Translations under genes and position numbers: made by a program
Shown: positions 1 through 7,146 of the stretch, in pieces
Numbering within the stretch: the first letter of the stretch is position 1
How the letters are laid out: the number at the start of each line of letters is the position of its first letter
Notes under the pieces: generated by a model
What the model was told of the DNA's origin: nothing
What the model saw: the letters and a program-made list of their open reading frames with translations, nothing else
The model's database searches: none
From: Alphaproteobacteria bacterium
Lineage (GTDB): Bacteria > Pseudomonadota > Alphaproteobacteria > Rickettsiales > UBA3002
Assembly (NCBI GenBank): GCA_017302575.1
Contig: JAFLDD010000001.1
Span: 1,365,409 to 1,429,408, forward strand
Length of the DNA stretch: 64,000 nucleotides
Direction of reading: 5' to 3'

Positions 1-596
1 TGGAATCAGAAAAGAAATTCCAGAATTTCGGTGTTTCTGCCTGCGCGACCTGTGATGGATTTTTCTTCAAAGGCAAAGATGTTGCGGTCATTGGCGGCGG
101 CAACAGTGCGGTGGAGGAAGCATTATTCCTATCCAAAATCTGTAAGTCGGTAACGCTTGTGCATCGTCGTGATAGCCTGCGCGCTGAAAAAATTGGCCAA
201 GACAGATTATTCAAAACCCCCAATATCAAGGTGATTTGGGATAGTGCCGTGGAAGAATTCTGTGGCACGGATAATCCACCCAACCTGACACATCTTAAAC
301 TCAAGAACCTCAAAACAGGGGCGATTTCTGAACTGCCTGTTCAAGGTACATTCGTGGCCATTGGCCATGAGCCTAATACATGGCTATTCAAAGACCAATT
401 GCAAATGGACGGCGACCGCTACCTCGTTACCAAGGCAGGAACGACGCAAACGAATATTGCGGGGGTATTTGCAGCAGGTGATGTGCAGGATAAAATCTAT
501 CGCCAAGCAGTGACGGCCGCAGGTACTGGGTGCATGGCTGCACTTGAGGCGCAGAAGTTCCTTGAGCATCAGCACGCAATTTCACAAGCAGCTTAG
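1..596 (+). CDS. trxB: Thioredoxin-disulfide reductase (5'-truncated by window edge)
   Basis: Frame from nt 3 reads ...GVSACATCDGFFF...VIGGGNSAVEEA...GVFAAGDV...QAVTAAGTGCMAAL: CATC redox motif and NADPH/FAD motifs. Confidence 0.97.
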   Translation, partial: ESEKKFQNFGVSACATCDGFFFKGKDVAVIGGGNSAVEEALFLSKICKSVTLVHRRDSLRAEKIGQDRLFKTPNIKVIWDSAVEEFCGTDNPPNLTHLKLKNLKTGAISELPVQGTFVAIGHEPNTWLFKDQLQMDGDRYLVTKAGTTQTNIAGVFAAGDVQDKIYRQAVTAAGTGCMAALEAQKFLEHQHAISQAA

Positions 597-1348
597 GATT
601 TTCCCCTACCGCCTGATAGCATCGCTTCTCTCGAATTTACTTCAACCAGTCTGGTGTGAGGTATTTCATTGCTGGTTGGATAGAAGGGTTCGGACTTGCT
701 TAAGTCTTCGCTCCATCCATCCACCAATCTTTCCCAACGCGGCAGGTCGTGGTGATAGAGCCGCACATCTTCGCCATCACGCACGGTTTCATGTAGTGTT
801 ACGTATTTTGGAGCGCCATCATGGGCTTCAAAACAAATAGATTTGTCGGGGAATAATCGGAAATATTCCCAATTGCGGATAAAGGATAACTGGTTAGGAA
901 TCACATCAGCTATGTACTTCTTGCCTTTGGCCAATCGGCGCTCAAGATACCCTTCTATATCCCGTATAACGCCATAGGCCTCTACCGTATATCCGCGCTC
1001 TTTGGCGCGCCCGACAAAGTCGACGAGTTGTTCCCTGTTTTCACAATGGGTTTCAAAGATGATGGTTTTGCCTGAGTCCAACGCCTCACTAAATACCTTT
1101 TCTCGCGCATCTAAAAAGCCTTGAAGATTAGCACCCGATTTCTCTGAGTGCGACACAGGCATATGGTGTGTGGCGATATCCTTAAAGTCATTAAAACTGA
1201 TGACATGACTATCGTCTGGTGCGCCAGAGAGTTTTTTTGCGTGTTTAAGCAAGCGTGATTTACCCGAGCCCGTCGCGCCAGCTACGAAGATTAATTTAGG
1301 GGTCTGTTCGGGCAGTTCATTGGTCATTAAATCCAGCTTATCCGCCAT
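593..1348 (-). CDS. Zeta-toxin-like P-loop kinase, orphan (251 aa)
   Basis: Walker A LIFVAGATGSGKS, then IIFETH and GYTVEAYGV segments typical of zeta toxin/AAA_33 kinases. Stop overlaps the trxB stop. No partner gene. Confidence 0.6.
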   Translation of the reverse strand: MADKLDLMTNELPEQTPKLIFVAGATGSGKSRLLKHAKKLSGAPDDSHVISFNDFKDIATHHMPVSHSEKSGANLQGFLDAREKVFSEALDSGKTIIFETHCENREQLVDFVGRAKERGYTVEAYGVIRDIEGYLERRLAKGKKYIADVIPNQLSFIRNWEYFRLFPDKSICFEAHDGAPKYVTLHETVRDGEDVRLYHHDLPRWERLVDGWSEDLSKSEPFYPTSNEIPHTRLVEVNSREAMLSGGRGKS

Positions 1349-1395
1349 ATATTAAAGATTTATGACATATGCTTAGAATGAAAGGCGTTCGCCGC

Positions 1396-1435
1396 TTGAT
1401 TACCGAATCGCTTCTGTCTATATTGCGCCGCAGCA
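1396..1435 (+). promoter_or_regulatory. Sigma70 promoter of the LysR gene with overlapping PhaR-type operator
   Basis: TTGATT (1396-1401)-N17-TATATT (1419-1424); TGCGCCGCAGCA at 1424-1435 fits TGCRNYGCASMA. Confidence 0.6.
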
Positions 1436-1448
1436 ATGAGGGGCACTC

Positions 1449-2339
1449 ATGGATTGGGACAAGCTGCGGATATTTTACAGCGTCGCCTTAAGTAAAAGCC
1501 TGACCAAAGCGGGCGAGTCACTCAACCTATCGCAATCGGCGGTGAGCCGCCAAATCTCCGCGCTCGAAGAAAAGCTTGGCATCGCGCTTTTTCACCGTCA
1601 TGCGCGCGGGTTAATGCTTACCGAACAAGGCGAGATTTTATTCCGCACCGTTTCGGACATGGTGACCAAACTTCAAACCACAGAGAATGCGCTTTCGGAA
1701 TCGTCAACGAAACCGAAGGGTCCTTATAAGCTAACAGCGCCCGCGACATTCACGAATATCTGGCTTTCCAAACAGATGAAGGAGTTCACCGACCTTTACC
1801 CCGACATTGATGTAACGCTGCTCAGCGAGGACCGCGAATTGGATTTGACGATTCGTGAAGCGGACGCGGCGATTCGCTTCTACCCTGCCAAGCACCCTGA
1901 TCTGGTGCAAGTGCCATTGATGACACTTCATAACTCACTCTACGCATCCAGCGACTATTTACAAATGTACGGCACACCCAAATGCGTTGCTGACCTGAAG
2001 CATCACAAATTGCTCGGGTTTGATGCGTCCTTTGCCAGCCCCTTCCAAGAGGTGAATTGGCTTTATGAATTGCCAGAGGCCAAAGATCTGGGCCTTAAAC
2101 CATTCTTCAAGGTGAATTCGCTATTTTCGTTACGCGTGGCAGTGAAACAGGGTATGGGGATTGCGCCGTTGCCAGACTATATCATGTATAAAACACGCCA
2201 CATCGCGCGTGTGCTTCCTGAAATTCAAGGCCCAACGACCGAGACCTATTACATTTACCCCGTGGAGCTTAAGAATTCGAAGCGCGTTGCTGTGTTTCGC
2301 AATTTTATCGCCCAGAAGATTGCGGAATCCGGCTTCTAG
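1449..2339 (+). CDS. lsrB: LysR-family transcriptional regulator, LsrB/VtlR-like
   Basis: N-terminus MDWDKLRIF...LSQSAVSRQISALE...LFHRHARGL.LTEQGE matches my recollection of LsrB/VtlR; trxB-adjacent position is the conserved context. Gene symbol is less certain than the family call. Confidence 0.85.
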   Translation: MDWDKLRIFYSVALSKSLTKAGESLNLSQSAVSRQISALEEKLGIALFHRHARGLMLTEQGEILFRTVSDMVTKLQTTENALSESSTKPKGPYKLTAPATFTNIWLSKQMKEFTDLYPDIDVTLLSEDRELDLTIREADAAIRFYPAKHPDLVQVPLMTLHNSLYASSDYLQMYGTPKCVADLKHHKLLGFDASFASPFQEVNWLYELPEAKDLGLKPFFKVNSLFSLRVAVKQGMGIAPLPDYIMYKTRHIARVLPEIQGPTTETYYIYPVELKNSKRVAVFRNFIAQKIAESGF

Positions 2340-2369
2340 TAATTTTAGTGCGCGCGTGCGGCGCGACCC

Positions 2370-2403
2370 TTACGTCCTCAACGGACGCTGAAGCGTCCGT
2401 TTT
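2370..2403. repeat. Palindromic intergenic repeat, family A, copy 1 (may also terminate lsrB transcription)
   Basis: TTACGTCCTCAACGGACGCTGAAGCGTCCGTTTT; near-identical copy at 19815-19847. Contains ACGGACGC-TGAA-GCGTCCGT hairpin followed by Ts. Confidence 0.75.
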
Positions 2404-2492
2404 AAGTGCACTAAACCCATGGTTTAGTTAGATTTTCACCCGTTTCACAGCCCCTATCAGTCGCTTAGCGAATTCCGTATAATTTGATTGAC

Positions 2493-2508
2493 TGGCACGT
2501 GAATTGCT
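2493..2508 (+). promoter_or_regulatory. Sigma54 (-24/-12) promoter
   Basis: TGGCACG-TGAA-TTGCT, exact match to TGGCACG-N4-TTGCW; predicted +1 near 2519. Confidence 0.75.
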
Positions 2509-2518
2509 CTAGGTTCCC

Positions 2519-2649
2519 CGTCCATTTGGCTTCTGGCCAGATGAACTGGTGCTTCGGCACCACTGGGCACTTGCCCGGTCGCCTGATTTTTCGATCGGGC
2601 GGGTAGCCTCCCTGTTATGCTCGCCGGGTGACAACGCCCGGCTTTTTTT
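2519..2649 (+). ncRNA. Candidate trans-acting sRNA with anti-SD (CCUCCCU) loop
   Basis: No ORF between the sigma54 promoter and a + strand terminator. Hairpins at 2527-2539, 2547-2562 (cUUCGg tetraloop), 2563-2578, 2581-2600 and 2599-2624 (CTCCCT loop). Confidence 0.65.
2623..2649 (+). terminator. Rho-independent terminator of the candidate sRNA
   Basis: GCCGGG-TGACAACG-CCCGGC followed by a T7 run; the U-tract exists only for + strand transcription. Confidence 0.85.
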
Positions 2650-3517
2650 ATGGGCGGCGCTCTATCTGCACAAAACGCACTTCATTGCTATCAAGCGCGC
2701 GTCGTAATTTTGTGAGTGCAGCATCTGCTTTCGTGGCCTGCTTGAGATAGGCTGGCGGCAAAGTAAGAAGGCGCTGTTCGTCTATGCGCATTCCGCGCAC
2801 CAACACATCCACACCCCATGCCAGCTCTCGCGCACCTAAAGTAATGCTGACTGGCTCGCTAGTGTGCGCAATGCGCTCACCTTTCGCATTGAATATGGTA
2901 ACAGCCGCACGAAGCGTTGCACCACAGCGCGCTGGTTCTTTCTTGTCGTTGCCTGCTACGAGCGTTACCGCCGTTGCCGATAAGCTATCTGGTGACATGC
3001 TGACGTGTTTCTTCAGGGTGAGGTGGAACTTGATTTCACTGAAGTTACGTTTTTCTGGATCCGAATAAACCTGACTGGCTGGAGCATCGAGCACGCGTTG
3101 GCCATCCAACTTCATTCCGATCAGACCTTCATTGAGCGCAGCAAAAGGTGCCTTACCCACCATGAATTCAAGGGGCTTGGACTCATCATGCGACGCGTCG
3201 AAATTAGCGCCGTCTTCACGCGTTCCACGCAGCAGCACGCTTACGTCGTCACCACACTGCACGCCTGCACCCTCACCTACACTTACTTCTTTAATGTCGG
3301 CATCACCGATATAGCTTGGGTTAATGGCGCGATACCAGCGATCACCATCGACCAGCTTGCGGAGTGATTCATAGTCTTTAGGTTGCGTTGCTTGTGAAGT
3401 AACGGGGGCTTCTTTAGGGGCGCTTTCGGGTGGCTTTTGCGACTGGTTGCCCACGTAAATAATATAGGCCAGCAGACATACAAAAATCCAACTAATCCAT
3501 TTTGGGAAAGGCATCAT
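2648..3517 (-). CDS. Membrane-anchored protein with two FKBP-type PPIase-like domains
   Basis: N-terminal TM helix, then DIKEVSVGEG...DGANFDASH...GLIGMK...QRVL and a second degenerate repeat (GVDVLVRGMRIDEQRLLTLPP). Confidence 0.75.
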   Translation of the reverse strand: MMPFPKWISWIFVCLLAYIIYVGNQSQKPPESAPKEAPVTSQATQPKDYESLRKLVDGDRWYRAINPSYIGDADIKEVSVGEGAGVQCGDDVSVLLRGTREDGANFDASHDESKPLEFMVGKAPFAALNEGLIGMKLDGQRVLDAPASQVYSDPEKRNFSEIKFHLTLKKHVSMSPDSLSATAVTLVAGNDKKEPARCGATLRAAVTIFNAKGERIAHTSEPVSITLGARELAWGVDVLVRGMRIDEQRLLTLPPAYLKQATKADAALTKLRRALDSNEVRFVQIERRP

Positions 3518-3548
3518 GGCATCGCTCCGTTACTACGAAGCGGGCATC

Positions 3549-4649
3549 TTACACATTAAATCGGAAATGGAAAACATCTCCGTCTTGCACGGTGTATTCT
3601 TTGCCTTCTAGGCGGAGTTTGCCTTTTTCTTTCGCGCCCGCTTCGCCATTACCGTCCACATAATCTTGGTAGGCAATGGTTTCGGCGCGAATGAAGCCCT
3701 TCTCGAAATCCGTATGAATGACACCCGCCGCTTCAGGGGCAAGAGCGCCTTTGCGCACATCCCACGCGCGGGCTTCTTTGGGTCCAACGGTGAAGAAGGT
3801 GATAAGATCAAGCAGCTTATAGCCTTCACGAATGATGCTATTAAGGCCCGTTTCTTTGAGGCCCAGATCTTTCAGGAATTCTAATTTCTCTTCGGCTGAG
3901 AGCCCTGCCATTTCCGCTTCGATTTGCGCAGAGATAATGACGGACGCCGCATTCTTTTCTTTTGCCATAGTCGCAGCTTTGGCGGAAAGCGCGTTACCAG
4001 CAGCAGCAGAGGCTTCCTCAACATTGAGTACATACATTGCGGGTTTGCTGGTGAGAAGTTGCAGTAATTTCACGCGTTTTGCTTCGTCACGATCTTTGGG
4101 CGTGTAGAGGCGCGCGGGCTTGCCGTCGCGCAGCAGCGCGAGAATAGGCTCAGCCAACGCAATCATAGCAGCAGCATCTTTGTCGCCGCCTTTGGCTTTC
4201 TTGGCACCATTATCGACGCGTTTTTCGAGGGACTCCATATCCGCCAAAATTAGCTCAAGCTCGATAATCTCTGCATCACGCAGGGGGTCGATGCTGCCTT
4301 CCACGTGCGTAATGTCACCATCTTCGAAGCAGCGCAGTACGTAGATAATCGCGTCCGTCTCACGGATATGGCTCAGGAATTGATTGCCCAATCCCTCGCC
4401 CTTACTAGCGCCACGTACGAGTCCTGCAATATCGACGAACTCAAGCTGCGTACCGATAATCGTTGCAGATCCAGCAATCTTGGCGAGCACATCTAGGCGC
4501 GCATCCGGCACGGCAACGCGGCCCACGTTTGGTTCAATCGTGCAGAATGGATAGTTCGCTGCCTCTGCCGCCTGTTGCGACAAGAGTGCGTTGAATAAGG
4601 TGGATTTGCCAACGTTTGGCAGTCCAACGATACCACATTTGAAGCCCAT
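3549..4649 (-). CDS. ychF: Redox-regulated ATPase YchF
   Basis: GIVGLPNVGKSTLFNAL, NYPFCTIEPN, DIAGLV, C-terminal TGS domain ending FRFNV. Confidence 0.98.
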   Translation of the reverse strand: MGFKCGIVGLPNVGKSTLFNALLSQQAAEAANYPFCTIEPNVGRVAVPDARLDVLAKIAGSATIIGTQLEFVDIAGLVRGASKGEGLGNQFLSHIRETDAIIYVLRCFEDGDITHVEGSIDPLRDAEIIELELILADMESLEKRVDNGAKKAKGGDKDAAAMIALAEPILALLRDGKPARLYTPKDRDEAKRVKLLQLLTSKPAMYVLNVEEASAAAGNALSAKAATMAKEKNAASVIISAQIEAEMAGLSAEEKLEFLKDLGLKETGLNSIIREGYKLLDLITFFTVGPKEARAWDVRKGALAPEAAGVIHTDFEKGFIRAETIAYQDYVDGNGEAGAKEKGKLRLEGKEYTVQDGDVFHFRFNV

Positions 4650-4691
4650 TTAGAATGCTCCCTGCTCCGGCCTGCTGGCCTACGCAATGGA

Positions 4692-4739
4692 GCGTGTTTC
4701 ACAGCTCATGGCTGTCTCGCGCTCCTGCGCTCGAATAAC
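4692..4739. repeat. Intergenic repeat, family B, copy 1
   Basis: GCGTG..CAGCTCATGGCTG..hairpin..CTCGAATAAC; same blocks at 25464-25515. Confidence 0.55.
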
Positions 4740-4765
4740 GTTTATAAGATGACGATGGCTATAGA

Positions 4766-5323
4766 TTATTCTGCCAAGAGTGCAAGCTTGCTCATGAGCG
4801 CGGCGGGAGAATGTTCCCAAAATAGCTGAATGTTATCCGCCAATGCATCAATCACGGGGTTGATGATGGGCTTTTCATCCTTACCAAAATTGCTCAATAC
4901 GTGATCATGCACTTTGTCTTTATCGCCTGGGTGGGCGATGCCAATGCGAATGCGCCAATATTCTTTGCCGATCTTTTCGTCGATATCACGCAGGCCATTA
5001 TGTCCGCCATGGCCGCCGCCTTGCTTGATGCGGACCTTGCCGAGGCTCAAATCCAGATCGTCGTGCAGCACGATAATCTGCTCGGGGGCGAGTTTATGAA
5101 ACGCCATGGCCGCCTGTACGGATTGGCCAGAAAGATTCATGTAGGTTTGAGGCTTGAGCAAAATCAGTTTCTCAGTACCACGCGCGATACTAGCAGCTTC
5201 GCCATGGAATTTTTTGGAAAAGCTCGCCGTGTCCGCCAGCGCGTCCACCACCATGAAACCGATATTATGCCGATTGCGCGCGTAGGAAGTACCCGGATTA
5301 CCGAGCCCTACGATCAGAAGCAT
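4766..5323 (-). CDS. pth: Peptidyl-tRNA hydrolase
   Basis: LIVGLGNPG, RHNIGF, KPQTYMNLSG, HDDLD, GGHGGHNGL. Confidence 0.98.
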   Translation of the reverse strand: MLLIVGLGNPGTSYARNRHNIGFMVVDALADTASFSKKFHGEAASIARGTEKLILLKPQTYMNLSGQSVQAAMAFHKLAPEQIIVLHDDLDLSLGKVRIKQGGGHGGHNGLRDIDEKIGKEYWRIRIGIAHPGDKDKVHDHVLSNFGKDEKPIINPVIDALADNIQLFWEHSPAALMSKLALLAE

Positions 5324-5326
5324 TGC

Positions 5327-6010
5327 TTACTTCTTCTTGGCAGGTGCAGCAGCAGCAGGTGCGGCCGCAGCAGCAGCTTGCGCCGCAGCAGCGTTCGTTG
5401 CTGGAACTTCTGCCGAGGTCGGAGCAGCCGTTGCCACTTCTTCTTCAGCCATGCGGCCTGCGATAGAAGCAATGGTGAAGTCACGCTTAATCGCTGGCTT
5501 CACGCCTTCTGGAAGGGCGATGTTGCTGATGTGTACGGAGTCACCAATGTTCAATTCAGCAACGTTTACTTCGAGGTATTTTGGAATCGAGTTAACATTG
5601 CAAAGCAGTTCCACATCGTGACGCACCACGTTGAGTACACCACCGCGCTTAATGCCCACTGATTTCTCAGCGTTCAAGAAGTGGATTGGCACCCATACTT
5701 TTACTTGTGATTTCTCATCCACGTGCATGAAATCTGCGTGTTCGATCTTGTCTGACACTGGGTTGAGCGCGATGTCGCGTGGGATCGCGTGGAAGGTTTT
5801 GCCGTCTGCTTTTAGCGCAACCACTTTGTTCATGAAACCGCCACGGAAATATTCCTGGCTGATTTTGTTTGCATCGACCGTCAGGCTGACGCTGTCTTGC
5901 TTGTTGCCGTAAACCACGACAGGCACGCGACCTTCGCGGCGGCTTTGACGTGCGGTGCCTTTGCCTGCTACGGGACGAAGTGTTGCTTCAAATTCTACTT
6001 GCGCTTTCAT
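5327..6010 (-). CDS. rplY: 50S ribosomal protein L25/general stress protein Ctc
   Basis: RREGRVPVVVYG, HADF, GIKRGGVLN; Ala/Pro-rich tail; prs-rplY-pth-ychF order. Confidence 0.97.
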   Translation of the reverse strand: MKAQVEFEATLRPVAGKGTARQSRREGRVPVVVYGNKQDSVSLTVDANKISQEYFRGGFMNKVVALKADGKTFHAIPRDIALNPVSDKIEHADFMHVDEKSQVKVWVPIHFLNAEKSVGIKRGGVLNVVRHDVELLCNVNSIPKYLEVNVAELNIGDSVHISNIALPEGVKPAIKRDFTIASIAGRMAEEEVATAAPTSAEVPATNAAAAQAAAAAAPAAAAPAKKK

Positions 6011-6065
6011 GGTTTTCTCCAGCGTTTCTCTTAGGTTTTGGGCGCTTGCTTGCGTTAGGGGCGCG

Positions 6066-6094
6066 GGTATAGCAGGGTTCTTTTGCTAAAGCAA
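6066..6094 (-). promoter_or_regulatory. Sigma70-type promoter of rplY
   Basis: Minus strand TTGCTT-N17-TATACC upstream of rplY. Confidence 0.55.
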
Positions 6095-6166
6095 GGGGTT
6101 AGGGGCTGGGAATCTTCATTCTTACAATATGCAGCCTAATCAATGACTTATAAGCTGGCAGACGCC

Positions 6167-7102
6167 CTAATCAAACAAGCTCGACACAGAGGTCTCTTCC
6201 GAGATGCGCTTGATAGCTTCCGCCAGAAGGGGAGCGATACTGAGCGTACGTATTTTCTTACCGTTCTTTACCGTGTCTGGCTGCGCGATGGAATTGGTCA
6301 CCACAACGGATGTCAGCGCTGATTTGCCAATACGATCAACCGCAGGGCCTGAGAGTACACCGTGCGTAATATACGCAGCGACCGACTTAGCGCCCGCTTT
6401 CATAAGCGCCTCGGCGGCGTTACATAGGGTTCCTGCCGTATCGACAATATCGTCGAACAGGATACAGTCACGCCCCTCTACATCACCGATGATGTTGAGC
6501 ACTTCTGATTTATTTGCGCCTTCGCGGCGTTTATCGACAATCGCCAGATCAACATCCAAGCGGCTAGCGAGTGAGCGTGCGCGCACCACACCGCCAACAT
6601 CAGGCGAGACTATCATGAGATTATCGAGGTTCTTGTACTGCTCCTTGATGTCTTCAACAATCACAGGGCGCGCATAGAGATGGTCTACGGGAATATCAAA
6701 GAAGCCTTGTATCTGGCCAGCGTGCAAATCAACACTCAATACGCGGTCGGCGCCTGCCTCGGTAATCAAATTTGCCACGAGCTTTGCCGTAATCGGTGTG
6801 CGGGGGCCTGGTTTCCTGTCTTGGCGCGCGTAGCCAAAATAGGGTAGTACCGCCGTGACGCGGCGCGCTGAAGCACGCTTGAGTGCGTCGAGCGTGATCA
6901 GCAATTCCATGAGGTGGTCGTTGGCGGGATACGAGGTGGACTGAATGAGGAACACGTCCTCGCCACGCACGTTTTCCATGACCTCAACGAAAATTTCCAT
7001 GTCCGAGAAGCGCTTGATGGAGGCTTCCGTAAGCTTTACGCCCAGCACTTTCGCCATTTCGGCGGCAAGCTGGGGATTGCTGTTACATGCAATGAGTTTC
7101 AT
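6167..7102 (-). CDS. prs: Ribose-phosphate pyrophosphokinase
   Basis: [48 protein letters not shown]. Confidence 0.98.
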   Translation of the reverse strand: MKLIACNSNPQLAAEMAKVLGVKLTEASIKRFSDMEIFVEVMENVRGEDVFLIQSTSYPANDHLMELLITLDALKRASARRVTAVLPYFGYARQDRKPGPRTPITAKLVANLITEAGADRVLSVDLHAGQIQGFFDIPVDHLYARPVIVEDIKEQYKNLDNLMIVSPDVGGVVRARSLASRLDVDLAIVDKRREGANKSEVLNIIGDVEGRDCILFDDIVDTAGTLCNAAEALMKAGAKSVAAYITHGVLSGPAVDRIGKSALTSVVVTNSIAQPDTVKNGKKIRTLSIAPLLAEAIKRISEETSVSSLFD

Positions 7103-7146
7103 GAGCAGGAGTGATAGAGAGTTGGACGCGCAGAGTCAATGCTCTA

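Noticed and set aside
2478-2483. TATAAT as a sigma70 -10 box for the sRNA
   Set aside because: No credible -35 at 17 nt; the sigma54 motif just downstream is an exact match. A secondary promoter cannot be fully excluded.
5330-5440. GCA/GCC-rich repeats at the rplY 3' end and in the sucB linker (about 39000-39090)
   Set aside because: Ordinary Ala/Pro-rich linker coding, not a DNA repeat element.
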